Source of the DNA: Gaiellaceae bacterium
GTDB taxonomy: Bacteria; Actinomycetota; Thermoleophilia; Gaiellales; Gaiellaceae
Assembly: GCA_044870105.1 (NCBI GenBank)
Contig: JBIOYJ010000096.1
Span: 16,126 to 80,125 of the forward strand
Reading direction: 5' to 3'
DNA length: 64,000 bases
Of this stretch, positions 28,309-37,247 are shown piece after piece. The notes under the pieces are model-generated. The model made no database searches. It saw only the letters and a list, made by a program, of their open reading frames with translations, and was not told the DNA's origin. The position numbers and the translations under genes are program-made. The stretch's first letter is position 1. Each line of letters starts with the position of its first letter.

Positions 28309-28947
28309 GTGAGCCTCGCTGTAGATCGCTTCGAGCTGGGCCCGATCGGGACGAATTGCTATGTCGTTCGGGCGTCTCGCACCGCCGAAGACGCGGTCGT
28401 CATCGACCCCGGCGGCAACGCCGGCGACCTCCGCCTCGAGCTGGCGCGCATGCGCACGAGCTGCACGGCGATCCTGATCACGCACGGGCACTGGGATCAT
28501 CTCGGCGGCGTGGCCGAGCTGGCCGAGGGCACGGGCGCGCCCGTCTACATGGCCGAGGACGAGCGCGTCGCGCTCGAGCAGATCAACGATTTCGCGCCGG
28601 CGGAGCTCCGCTTGCGCCCGTACAAGCCCGATGTCCTCCTGCAGGGCGACGAGACGCTCGAGCTCGCGGGCATTACGTTCGAGACGCTCCGGATTCCCGG
28701 GCATTCGCCCGCGCACCTCGCGTACTACGCGGACGGCTGCCTCTTCTCCGGCGACATCCTCTTCGCGGGCTCGGTCGGCCGGACCGATCTCCCCGGCGCG
28801 GACTGGGACACGATGATCGAGTCGATCCGGGCGCTCGTCGACCGCCTTCCGCCCGAGACGATCGTCTATTCCGGCCACGGGCCGGAAACGACGCTCGGCG
28901 CCGAGGTCGCGCGCAACCCCTTCCTGACCGAGCTCCGCGCGTCGTGA
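28309..28947 (+). CDS. MBL-fold metallo-hydrolase (glyoxalase II-like)
   Basis: THGHWDHLGG (HxHxDH), later HSPAH and GD..F motifs. Confidence 0.8.
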   Translation: MSLAVDRFELGPIGTNCYVVRASRTAEDAVVIDPGGNAGDLRLELARMRTSCTAILITHGHWDHLGGVAELAEGTGAPVYMAEDERVALEQINDFAPAELRLRPYKPDVLLQGDETLELAGITFETLRIPGHSPAHLAYYADGCLFSGDILFAGSVGRTDLPGADWDTMIESIRALVDRLPPETIVYSGHGPETTLGAEVARNPFLTELRAS

Positions 28948-30173
28948 TCAAGGCACCGCGGGGAACGCATGACGTCCTGCCGGACGAGCAGCCGCTCTGG
29001 CGCCGCGTCGTGGGCGAGGCCGAGCGCCTCTGCGCGCTCTACGGCTACCGCCCGATCGTGACGCCGACGTTCGAGGACACCGAGTTGTTTGCCCGCACCT
29101 CCGGTCAGGGCTCCGACGTGGTGCAGAAGGAGATGTACACGTTCACCGACCGCGGCGACCGCTCGCTCACGCTCAGGCCCGAGGCGACCGCGCCGATCGC
29201 CCGCGCCTACGTCGAGCATGGGCTTCACCGCGGACCGCAGCCGCAAAAGCTGTACACGATCGCGCCGATGTTCCGATACGCCGCGCCGCAGAAGGGCCGT
29301 TATCGCGAGCACTGGCAGGTCTCGGTGGAGGCGCTCGGCTCCGACGATCCTGCCGTCGACGCGGAGATCGTCCAGCTCTACGACACGTGGCTCCGAAATC
29401 TCGGCGCCAGCGACTATCGCCTCGAGCTGAACTCGATCGGAGACCGGGAATGCCGGCCGGCGTACCTCGAGCAACTGACCGCGTGGCTCGACCGGCACGA
29501 CGACGTACTCGACGACGAGGCGCGCGAGAAGCGCGCAACGAGCCCGTTGCGCGTCTTCGACGTGAAGAACGAGGCCGTGCGGCGCGCGCTGGCAGACGCG
29601 CCGAAGATCGGCGAGTCCCTCTGCGAGGCGTGCCGCGCGCATTTCGAGGCCGTTCGGGGCTACCTCGACTCCTACGGCGTCGCCTACGAGCTCCGGCCCA
29701 CGCTCGTCCGTGGCCTCGACTACTACACGCGCACGGTCTGGGAGTTCGTCGGTCCCGAGCACGGGGCGCAGAGCACGATCTCGGCGGGTGGTCGCTACGA
29801 CTACCTCGTCGAGGAGATCGGGGGCCCTCCGACGCCGGGGGTCGGTTTCGGAGCGGGCATCGAGCGATTGCTGATCGCGATCGAGCATGCCGACGTCGAG
29901 GTCGAGCCGCCGCGAGTTGACGTCTTCTTCGCCTGCGAGGACGGGGCGCCGCGGGAGCGCGTGCTCGCGCTGATGGCGGAGCTTCGCCGCGCCGGCCGCT
30001 CGTGCGAGACCGACTACGCGGGCCGGTCGCTGAAAGGCCAGCTGACCCAAGCGGGTCGCGTCGGTGCGCGCATGACGGTGATCGTCGGCGCCGACAAGGC
30101 AACGATCCGCGAGCAGGGGCAGGCGGACGTCGACGTCCCACTGGACGGGCTCGAGGAGCGGCTGAGCGCTTGA
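28944..30173 (+). CDS. hisS: histidyl-tRNA synthetase
   Basis: GTG 28944 overlaps MBL stop; APRGTHDVLP, class II motifs; ORF-track 5' extension removed. Confidence 0.9.
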   Translation: MIKAPRGTHDVLPDEQPLWRRVVGEAERLCALYGYRPIVTPTFEDTELFARTSGQGSDVVQKEMYTFTDRGDRSLTLRPEATAPIARAYVEHGLHRGPQPQKLYTIAPMFRYAAPQKGRYREHWQVSVEALGSDDPAVDAEIVQLYDTWLRNLGASDYRLELNSIGDRECRPAYLEQLTAWLDRHDDVLDDEAREKRATSPLRVFDVKNEAVRRALADAPKIGESLCEACRAHFEAVRGYLDSYGVAYELRPTLVRGLDYYTRTVWEFVGPEHGAQSTISAGGRYDYLVEEIGGPPTPGVGFGAGIERLLIAIEHADVEVEPPRVDVFFACEDGAPRERVLALMAELRRAGRSCETDYAGRSLKGQLTQAGRVGARMTVIVGADKATIREQGQADVDVPLDGLEERLSA

Positions 30174-31906
30174 GCTGGCGCGATACCGGTTGCGGCACGG
30201 TTCGTGCCGAGCACGTCGGGCAGCGGCTCACGCTCGCAGGATGGGCAGCACGCCGACGCGACCACGGCGGTTTGATCTTCATCGACCTGCGCGACCAGAC
30301 CGGCGTCTGCCAGCTCGTCATCAATCCCGAGCGCTCCGCGGAGGCCGCCGAAGCCGCACACGACGTCCGCAACGAGTTCGTCCTACACGCCGAAGGAGAG
30401 GTGGCGGCGCGCGCGCCCGAGGCGGTGAACCCGAGCCTCCCGACGGGAGAGGTCGAGCTTCAGGTCGACCGCCTGACCATCGTCTCCCGGTCGACTCCGC
30501 TTCCGTTCCAGCTGGACGAGGAGAACGTCGAGGAGACGCTGAGGATCCGCTACCGCTGGCTCGATCTTCGCCGCGAGAAGATGCAGCGCAACATCCGCCT
30601 CCGAGGGCAGATGGTCGGGACGATCCGTCGGGTGATGGAAGAGGCCGGCTTCGTCGACATCCAGACGCCGATTCTGTGGAAACCGACGCCCGAAGGCGCC
30701 CGCGACTTCGTCGTCCCCAGCCGCCTGCATCCGGGGAACTTCTTCGCGCTTCCCCAGTCCCCGCAGATCGCGAAACAGCTGCTCGTGATCGCCAGCTTCG
30801 AGCGCTACTACCAGATCGCCACGTGCTTCAGGGACGAGGACCTGCGGGCCGATCGCGTCCAGGAGATCACCCAGCTCGACGTCGAAATGGCGTTTCCCGA
30901 CCAGGAGTTCCTGCTCGAGCTGATGGAGCGGATGGTGCAGACCGTCTGGCGCGAGTGCATCGACGCCGAGCTCGAGGCGCCGTTCCCCCGGATGACCTTC
31001 GCCGAGGCCGACCGGCGCTTCGGCTCCGACAAGCCCGATCTGCGCTTCGGGCTCGAGATCGAGGACGCGACCGAGGCTACCCGTGGCTCGGAGTTCGGCG
31101 TCTTTGCCGGGGCGGAGGCGGTGCGCTTCCTCCGCGCGCCGCAGGCGTTCTCGCGCGCGGAGCTCGAGCAGCTCGAGGAATTTGCGAAGACGTGGGGTGC
31201 GAAAGGGCTTGCCTACCTCGTCTACGACGAAGAGGGACAGGTCCGCTCGCCGATCGCCAAGTTCCTATCCGAGGACGAGCTCGCGCTGTTCCGCTCAGAT
31301 CCCGGCTCGACGGTGCTGTTTGCGGCCGACAAATGGGAGACCACGTCGCGCGTGCTCGGCGCGCTCAGGCTCCACCTCGGTGCGACGCTCGACCTAATCG
31401 ACGAAGAGGCCTGGTCGTGGCTCTGGATCACGGACTTCCCGATGTTCGACTGGGACGACGAGGAAGGCCGTTGGGCAGCGCGCCATCACCCGTTCACGCG
31501 GCCGGCGGCCGGGTGGGAGGACCGTTTCCCGGACGACCCGAAGAACGCCCTCGCCCATGCATACGACCTGATCGGCAACGGCAACGAGCTGGGCGGCGGA
31601 TCGTTCCGGATGCACGAGCCGGAGCTGCAGGCGAAGGTCTTCGACCTGCTCAAGCTGACGCCCGAGGAACAGCGGCTGAAGTTCGGGTTCCTGCTAGACG
31701 CGCTGGCCATGGGTGCGCCGCCTCACGGCGGCATCGCGATCGGGATCGACCGCACGCTGATGGTGCTCGCCCACGAGCCGAACCTCCGTGACACGGTCGC
31801 CTTCCCCAAGAACCAGGCCGGGTTGGACCCGATGACGGGCGCGCCGACGCCGATCGCGCAGGAACAGCTGGACGAGCTTGGAATTCGTGTGGTCACGAAG
31901 GACTAA
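30170..31906 (+). CDS. aspS: aspartyl-tRNA synthetase
   Basis: TTG 30170 overlaps hisS stop (TTGA); OB-fold N-terminus, FRDEDLRADR, GGGSFRMH, GIDR motifs. Confidence 0.9.
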   Translation: MSWRDTGCGTVRAEHVGQRLTLAGWAARRRDHGGLIFIDLRDQTGVCQLVINPERSAEAAEAAHDVRNEFVLHAEGEVAARAPEAVNPSLPTGEVELQVDRLTIVSRSTPLPFQLDEENVEETLRIRYRWLDLRREKMQRNIRLRGQMVGTIRRVMEEAGFVDIQTPILWKPTPEGARDFVVPSRLHPGNFFALPQSPQIAKQLLVIASFERYYQIATCFRDEDLRADRVQEITQLDVEMAFPDQEFLLELMERMVQTVWRECIDAELEAPFPRMTFAEADRRFGSDKPDLRFGLEIEDATEATRGSEFGVFAGAEAVRFLRAPQAFSRAELEQLEEFAKTWGAKGLAYLVYDEEGQVRSPIAKFLSEDELALFRSDPGSTVLFAADKWETTSRVLGALRLHLGATLDLIDEEAWSWLWITDFPMFDWDDEEGRWAARHHPFTRPAAGWEDRFPDDPKNALAHAYDLIGNGNELGGGSFRMHEPELQAKVFDLLKLTPEEQRLKFGFLLDALAMGAPPHGGIAIGIDRTLMVLAHEPNLRDTVAFPKNQAGLDPMTGAPTPIAQEQLDELGIRVVTKD

Positions 31907-31949
31907 GGCGCGACTCGAAGCGCGCCGATGCAACGGGCATACTTCGACC

Positions 31950-32831
31950 ATGGCTACCGAAGGCAGAGACCCCGCACAGGCACCGTCCTTGACCGCCCTT
32001 CCGCGGGTCGAGGACCTGCCCACGACGGACCGGGGCTACGACCCCGACCGCGTCCGCGACGCATTCGAGTCGTTCCGCCGGCACACCACGCAGTTGCAGG
32101 TGCAGCTGCGCGTTCTCCAGGCCGCGGCGCGCAGCGGCCAGGTCGAGCCGACAGGCCACGCGGTGCGCATGGACGCGCTGCATCTCGTGCGCGCGGCCGC
32201 GGAGATGGCCGACACGATCGAGCGCGACGCGCAGAATGCCTCGGCGGCTCAGTTCCGCCGCACCGAGGAAGAGGTCACGCGCCGGCAGCGCGACATCCAG
32301 GCGAAGGAAGCCGAAACCGAGCGCTATCGCCAGGAGAGTGAGCGCCAGCGCGCCGAGATCGTGAACACGGCCAAGAGCGAGGCGCGTGAGCTCGTGAACG
32401 AAGCTCAGCGCCAGACGGCTCAGGAGGTCCGCGAGGCCGAGGCGCGAGCGGCGCGGCTGCTCGAGCAGGCGCGCCATCAGGCAACCGAACTGACGAACGC
32501 CACGCGCGCCGAAATCGAGCAGACGCTGGAGTGGGCGCGAGCCCAGGCGGGAGCCGTGATGGCCAGGGCGCAGCACGGGGCCGAGCAGCTGCTCGCGGCC
32601 GCGGGTCTCGGCGACGAGGCCATCTCCGGTGCGGTGGAGTCGATCGTGCAGGCGGCCCAGGCGACGACCGAAGCGGGCCGCGCGCCCGAGCCGCAGCCGC
32701 AACCGACGGCGCCGGAGCCACCGCTTTCTCCAGCTCCGGAGCCCTCTGTCTCGCCGCCGGCCGCCGGTACGCCCAAGGCGGAGGCCGAAGGCGAAGCGGA
32801 GGGCGGCGAAGACGGCTCAGACGCTCGCTAA
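31950..32831 (+). CDS. DivIVA-domain-like coiled-coil protein
   Basis: DRGYDPDRVRDAFESF resembles the DivIVA N-terminal motif; long Ala/Glu/Arg/Gln coiled coil; Pro/Glu-rich tail; ATG preceded by CATACT-N6. Confidence 0.55.
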   Translation: MATEGRDPAQAPSLTALPRVEDLPTTDRGYDPDRVRDAFESFRRHTTQLQVQLRVLQAAARSGQVEPTGHAVRMDALHLVRAAAEMADTIERDAQNASAAQFRRTEEEVTRRQRDIQAKEAETERYRQESERQRAEIVNTAKSEARELVNEAQRQTAQEVREAEARAARLLEQARHQATELTNATRAEIEQTLEWARAQAGAVMARAQHGAEQLLAAAGLGDEAISGAVESIVQAAQATTEAGRAPEPQPQPTAPEPPLSPAPEPSVSPPAAGTPKAEAEGEAEGGEDGSDAR

Positions 32832-32843
32832 CCTCTCAGCCTG

Positions 32844-33362
32844 ATGCCGGGACGTTTCGGGCCTCGGTTTGCCCTGGAAGCTGGGTTCCTGATCCTGCTG
32901 GCCGTGGCTGCGGGCTTCGCCCACCTCCGGCCCACCGTGATCGTGCTGGTGATGGCGGCGGCCTGGGTGCTCGTCGCCCTGCTGGAGTTCATCGCGGAGC
33001 GGATCGCGACGATGCTGCCGTTCAGGGTGTCGTACCTGCGCGGCTCCGAAGTCCCGGCGGAAGAGATCGAGCAGCCGCCGGCGCCGCCGGTGACGCCGCC
33101 GGTGACGCCGCCCGTACCGGAGGAGACGACGGAAGAAACGGCCGTCGTCGTCCGCCGCGAGGCGGAGGGCCTGGAGCAGCCTCGCAGGCGGCGCTGGTTC
33201 CGAATGCGGCGCAAGGCCGAAGCCGAGACCGAGCCCCCGGGCCCGGCGCCCCAGCCGCGGCACGTCCGGCTGCTTCCGTCGCGGAGCGGAGAGACGAGCC
33301 GGGCGGCAGCCGAGGTCTCCGAGATTTTCGACGGCGGGGAGCGTGACGAGCGGGCGCAGTGA
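32844..33362 (+). CDS. hypothetical two-TM protein (paralogue 1)
   Basis: N-terminus FALEAGFLILLAVAAGFAHLRPTVIVLVMAAAWVLVALLEF matches the next gene; PPVTPPVTPPVP linker. Confidence 0.5.
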   Translation: MPGRFGPRFALEAGFLILLAVAAGFAHLRPTVIVLVMAAAWVLVALLEFIAERIATMLPFRVSYLRGSEVPAEEIEQPPAPPVTPPVTPPVPEETTEETAVVVRREAEGLEQPRRRRWFRMRRKAEAETEPPGPAPQPRHVRLLPSRSGETSRAAAEVSEIFDGGERDERAQ

Positions 33363-34087
33363 GGCTCTCCGTCGGTCTGATCCGGTTCGCCGTCGAAGCA
33401 GGTTTCCTGATCCTCGTCGCCGCCGTCGCCGCGGTGGCCGGTCTTCGCCCGCTGCTGATCATCCTCGTCATGGCCGCCGCCTGGATGCTCGTCGCGTTCG
33501 TCGAACGAACCGGCGCCGCGCGGAGATGGACCGGGTTCCGGCAACACGCCGTCAAGCAGGCCCCGACCGAGGAGCCTGCCGTCGAACAGGCTGAGCCGGC
33601 GCCGCCCTCGCACGTGAGCGTGATCGAGCCCGAGGGCGAGCAGGAACCAGAGCCCGCCGAGCAGGAACCAGAGCCGGAGACGCAGCCGGCCGCCGAGGTG
33701 GAGCCCCAACCCGAGCCGGAGCCCAGACCGGAGCCGGTGCCGGCACCCGATCCCGAGCCGGAGCCGAGGCCGGAGCCGATTCCCGAGCCGCCGCAGCTCG
33801 TGGAAGCGCCGCCGCCGCGGGAGCCGGCCCCGCCGGCGCGGCTTGAACCGGAGCCCGAGCCGGTCGTCCAGTTTCCCGTGCGCGCGGGCGCTCCGCGCGA
33901 ATGGAACATCTGGGAGCTCGAGCGAATCGCGAAGGGCAGCGAAGGAATCGATGCGGAACGCAATGAGGAACGCACGCTCCTGCTCATCCAGCTCCGCCAG
34001 TTCGCCAACGCCGACGGAGCGCTGCCGCCGAGCTTCGACCCCGTCGTCCGCGAGACCTTCGGCGAGCTGATCGGACACGGGCTGTGA
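33359..34087 (+). CDS. hypothetical two-TM protein (paralogue 2) with EP-rich linker
   Basis: GTG 33359 overlaps upstream stop (GTGA); FAVEAGFLILVAAVAAVAGLRPLLIILVMAAAWMLVAFVE; about 70 residues of E/P low complexity. Confidence 0.5.
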   Translation: MRLSVGLIRFAVEAGFLILVAAVAAVAGLRPLLIILVMAAAWMLVAFVERTGAARRWTGFRQHAVKQAPTEEPAVEQAEPAPPSHVSVIEPEGEQEPEPAEQEPEPETQPAAEVEPQPEPEPRPEPVPAPDPEPEPRPEPIPEPPQLVEAPPPREPAPPARLEPEPEPVVQFPVRAGAPREWNIWELERIAKGSEGIDAERNEERTLLLIQLRQFANADGALPPSFDPVVRETFGELIGHGL

Positions 34088-34503
34088 ACCCGGTTGTCGC
34101 GCAGCGAGAGGTCGCCCTCGCCGGCGTCGCCCTCCTCGCTGCGGTAACCGCGCTCGCAATCTCCTCGAACGGGTCGAGCTCGGATGAGCTGCGCTCGCTG
34201 CCGAAGCCGGTGCCGGTCGCCGGAGGTTGGTACACCGCGCTCGCGGGCCCGGTGAATCCGCGGGTCGGACGGCGCACCAAGTGCGGCGTCGTCATGAAGC
34301 AGACGACCGCGGGCGTGATCGATCCCGTCTTGCCGTGCAACGTCAAGCTCTACCTGTCGTACAAGGACAGCCCGGAGGTGCTCACGCAGGTGATCGACCG
34401 GCGCGCGGTCGTTCCCGGACGACGGTTCGACATCACCGGCGCGCTGGCGGAGAAGCTCGGGCTCGACGGCGTGCAGCGCGTCCGCTGGGTGTTCGCTCGG
34501 TAG
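34084..34503 (+). CDS. membrane-anchored RlpA-like (double-psi beta-barrel) protein
   Basis: GTG 34084 overlaps upstream stop; TM anchor then TKCG...LPCNVKLYLSY...VLTQVIDRRAVVPGRRFDITGALAEKLGL...VRW, resembling RlpA/DPBB layout. Confidence 0.45.
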   Translation: MNPVVAQREVALAGVALLAAVTALAISSNGSSSDELRSLPKPVPVAGGWYTALAGPVNPRVGRRTKCGVVMKQTTAGVIDPVLPCNVKLYLSYKDSPEVLTQVIDRRAVVPGRRFDITGALAEKLGLDGVQRVRWVFAR

Positions 34504-34527
34504 CGGTCGCGCCCGCTAAAGTGACGG

Positions 34528-34551
34528 GGCGCCCGACCCTGTACGGGCGCC
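34528..34551 (+). terminator. 8-bp GC hairpin after the RlpA-like gene
   Basis: GGCGCCCG-accctgta-CGGGCGCC; no U-tract. Confidence 0.4.
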
Positions 34552-34711
34552 ACGCAGTCAAAGTAGAACCAACACTACTGCTAAGGGAGCCCGTGTCCGG
34601 ATAGGGCGTTGCCCGAGGCCGGCAAGGCACCCACCTGGCTTGTCCAGGTTCACTCCGTGCGTGGCGAGTCGGCAGGGTCAGGGCGCACTGTTCTGCGGCT
34701 ACCCTCAGCGT

Positions 34712-35962
34712 GTGAAAGAGGTCTTCGGAGACTCGTCGCGTGACGATGAGCTCGCGTTCGTCCGGCTGGCGGTCGACGGCGATCGGATCGTCTCGGCCGA
34801 GGCGGAGGGGCTCGATCGGCCGCTCGCCGGCTTGACCCTGCTCGAAGCCGCCGCCGTCTCCGGTGAGACCCTGGCCGCGGACGCGCTCGCTAACGCACTC
34901 GGTCAGGTTTTCCGGGCGGAGCCTGATCCCGACCGCGTCGCGGTGGCGATGAGCGGCGGGGTCGACAGCGCGGTCGCGCTCCTCCGCGCCGGGCCGAAGG
35001 CGATCGGGGTCACGCTCCGTCTCTGGATCGACCCTGAGGCGCCCGATTCTGAGCGTGCCTGCTGCTCGCCCGAGGCTGTGATCGCGGCGCGCGAGACGTG
35101 TCACTCGCTCGGGCTGCCTCATGTCACGCTCGACCTGCGCGAGGAGTTCCGCGCAAGCGTCGTCGAGTCGTTCGTGCGCGGCTACGCGGCCGGCGAGACG
35201 CCCAACCCTTGCATCCGCTGCAACGGCAGCTTCCGCTTCGCCGAGCTGCTTGCGTTCGCCGAGCGGAGCGGAGCGGCACGCCTGGCGACAGGGCACTACG
35301 TGCGGATCACCGAGCACAAGGGCAGGAAGTTGCTCGCGACGGCGGCCGACGAGACGAAGGATCAGTCGTACATGCTCGCCCGGCTTGATCCGGCGCTGCT
35401 GGGGCGAGTGTGGTTCCCCCTCGGCGGGCAGACGAAGGAGCAGACGCGTGCCGAGGCAGCGCGCGCGAGGCTCGCGGTCGCGAGCCGCCGCGAGAGCCAG
35501 GAAGCCTGCTTTCTCGGCGGGGCCGACTACCGCGACTTCCTCGAGCGTCGAGGGGTCGAATCCGAAGCGGGCCCGATCATGGACGAAGAAGGAGCAGTGG
35601 TCGGCCGCCACGCCGGTCTCTGGCGCTACACGCCCGGTCAGCGCCGCGGGCTCGGGATACCTTCGTCGGAGCCGCTGTACGCGCTGCGAACCGAGCCGCG
35701 CACGAACACGCTCGTGGTCGCGCCGCGCGGGCGGCTTGGCCGCCGCGACGTGACCGCCGAGGGCCGCCTCTACGTTCCCGCGACGCGCGTGCAGGTCAAG
35801 GTGCGCTACCGCTCGCCGGCGGCGCCCGCCGCCGTCGAGCCGTGCCCGGGCGGGTTCCGGCTCTTCTTCGACGAGCCGGTGTACGCCGTTGCTCCGGGTC
35901 AGGCAGCGGTCGTGTACGAGGACGACGCAGTCGTAGGTGCAGGAACAATCAGGCCTGCCTAG
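34712..35962 (+). CDS. mnmA: tRNA 2-thiouridine(34) synthase MnmA with ~80-aa N-terminal extension
   Basis: PP-loop VAMSGGVDSAV, catalytic Cys context CCSPEA and NPCIRCN; GTG 34712 preceded by TACCCT-N6; extension has coding-like GC3. Confidence 0.85.
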   Translation: MKEVFGDSSRDDELAFVRLAVDGDRIVSAEAEGLDRPLAGLTLLEAAAVSGETLAADALANALGQVFRAEPDPDRVAVAMSGGVDSAVALLRAGPKAIGVTLRLWIDPEAPDSERACCSPEAVIAARETCHSLGLPHVTLDLREEFRASVVESFVRGYAAGETPNPCIRCNGSFRFAELLAFAERSGAARLATGHYVRITEHKGRKLLATAADETKDQSYMLARLDPALLGRVWFPLGGQTKEQTRAEAARARLAVASRRESQEACFLGGADYRDFLERRGVESEAGPIMDEEGAVVGRHAGLWRYTPGQRRGLGIPSSEPLYALRTEPRTNTLVVAPRGRLGRRDVTAEGRLYVPATRVQVKVRYRSPAAPAAVEPCPGGFRLFFDEPVYAVAPGQAAVVYEDDAVVGAGTIRPA

Positions 35963-36055
35963 GATCGACAAGGTGCGCGCAACTTCTGACCGCGCTCTCC
36001 CGTTGAAGGGAAGCGCACTCGAAACGCCTACCTTCGCGCACGACCGGGAGAGAAG

Positions 36056-36448
36056 GTGACGAGGGATCAAATCATCCTCACCATCCCTCGGGATGAGGAG
36101 TTCGAGCACGTCGCCCAGCTCGTACTGGCCGGCGTTGCCGCACGACTGAACCTGACGTACGAGAGCCTCGACGACTTGGAAGTCGCGCTCGCGTCGCTGC
36201 TCGAACGCGCTCACGACGACGGCGACGTGACGGTCGAGCTCGCGGTCGCAGACGACGAGATCCATGCAGCGATCGGGCCGTTTCGGGACGGGGCCCTCGG
36301 GGAGCTCGAAAGCGACCGAGTCGGCGAGCTCGACCTCCGCCGCGTGCTCGACACCGTTGTCGACCGCTTCGATGTCGAGGACCGCGACGACGGTACCTGG
36401 ATCGAGCTCGTGAAGAGCGTCCGCTTCAAGGAGCCGGCCAACCAATGA
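36056..36448 (+). CDS. putative anti-sigma regulatory protein (degenerate RsbW/SpoIIAB-like)
   Basis: 130 aa; TGA overlaps the sigma-factor ATG (ATGA); N-terminal half resembles RsbW-type proteins but I cannot find the N-box Asn. GGGAGAG upstream of GTG. Confidence 0.35.
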   Translation: MTRDQIILTIPRDEEFEHVAQLVLAGVAARLNLTYESLDDLEVALASLLERAHDDGDVTVELAVADDEIHAAIGPFRDGALGELESDRVGELDLRRVLDTVVDRFDVEDRDDGTWIELVKSVRFKEPANQ

Positions 36449-37221
36449 CGCTCGAGAAGAACGACAAGGTGCTGCTTCGCCGCTACCACGAAAACGGCGA
36501 CCTTCAGGCCCGCGAGCAGCTGATCGAGCAGTACATGTCGCTCGTGCGCTCGCTCGCACGGCGGTACTCCTACCGTGGCGAGCAGCTCGACGACCTCGTT
36601 CAGATCGGCGCAATAGGGCTGATCAAGGCGATCGATCGCTTCGACCTCGAGCGCGGCGTCGAGCTGACCACCTATGCGACGCCGAACATCATCGGCGAGA
36701 TCAAGCGGCACTTCCGCGACCGCGGCTGGTCGGTGCGCGTCCCACGCGGGCTGCAGGAGCTGAACATCCAGCTCTCGCGGCTGATCGAGGAGTTGACGGT
36801 GCAGCTCGGTCGCTCGCCGACGATCTCGGAGCTGGGAAAGGCCGCAGAGGTCAGCGAGGAAGAGGTGCTCGAGGCGCTGGAGAGCGGCCGCGCCTACAGC
36901 TCTCTGTCCCTGTCGAGCGGCGGCTCCCAGGACGACGACGGCGACCTCGATCCGCTGGAGTCGCTCGGCACCGAGGAGCACGAGTACGAGGTCTCAGAGG
37001 ATCGCGCCGTGCTCGCGCCCGGCTTCCGGGTGCTCGACGAACGGGAGCGCAAGATCCTGCACCTGCGCTTCTTCAGGGGGCTGACGCAATCCCAGATCGC
37101 GCAGCAAGTCGGGATCTCGCAGATGCACGTTTCCCGGCTGATTCGCCGCTCGCTCGAGAAGATTCGGGAGGAGATCGCGGACGAGGAGGCCGGCGCGCCT
37201 CCGCGCGCCGCCCAGGGCTAG
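36445..37221 (+). CDS. group 3 sigma factor (SigB/F/G type)
   Basis: DLVQIGAIGLIKAIDRFD, TYATPNIIGEIKRHFRD, region 4 SQIAQQVGISQMHVSRL. Confidence 0.85.
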   Translation: MTLEKNDKVLLRRYHENGDLQAREQLIEQYMSLVRSLARRYSYRGEQLDDLVQIGAIGLIKAIDRFDLERGVELTTYATPNIIGEIKRHFRDRGWSVRVPRGLQELNIQLSRLIEELTVQLGRSPTISELGKAAEVSEEEVLEALESGRAYSSLSLSSGGSQDDDGDLDPLESLGTEEHEYEVSEDRAVLAPGFRVLDERERKILHLRFFRGLTQSQIAQQVGISQMHVSRLIRRSLEKIREEIADEEAGAPPRAAQG

Positions 37222-37247
37222 CGCGAGCCGCACCTAGAATCGAGAGC

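Noticed and set aside
33600-33800. Reiterated gagccggagcc-like units that might suggest a repeat array or CRISPR
   Set aside because: The units are contiguous, degenerate and in-frame inside a coding region (EP-rich linker). There are no unique spacers and no cas genes.
34560-34700. Possible SRP RNA, riboswitch or T-box upstream of mnmA
   Set aside because: I could not find the SRP domain IV motif (GGAAGCAGC), the T-box sequence, or any riboswitch core I know. It is kept only as a low-interest unassigned spacer.
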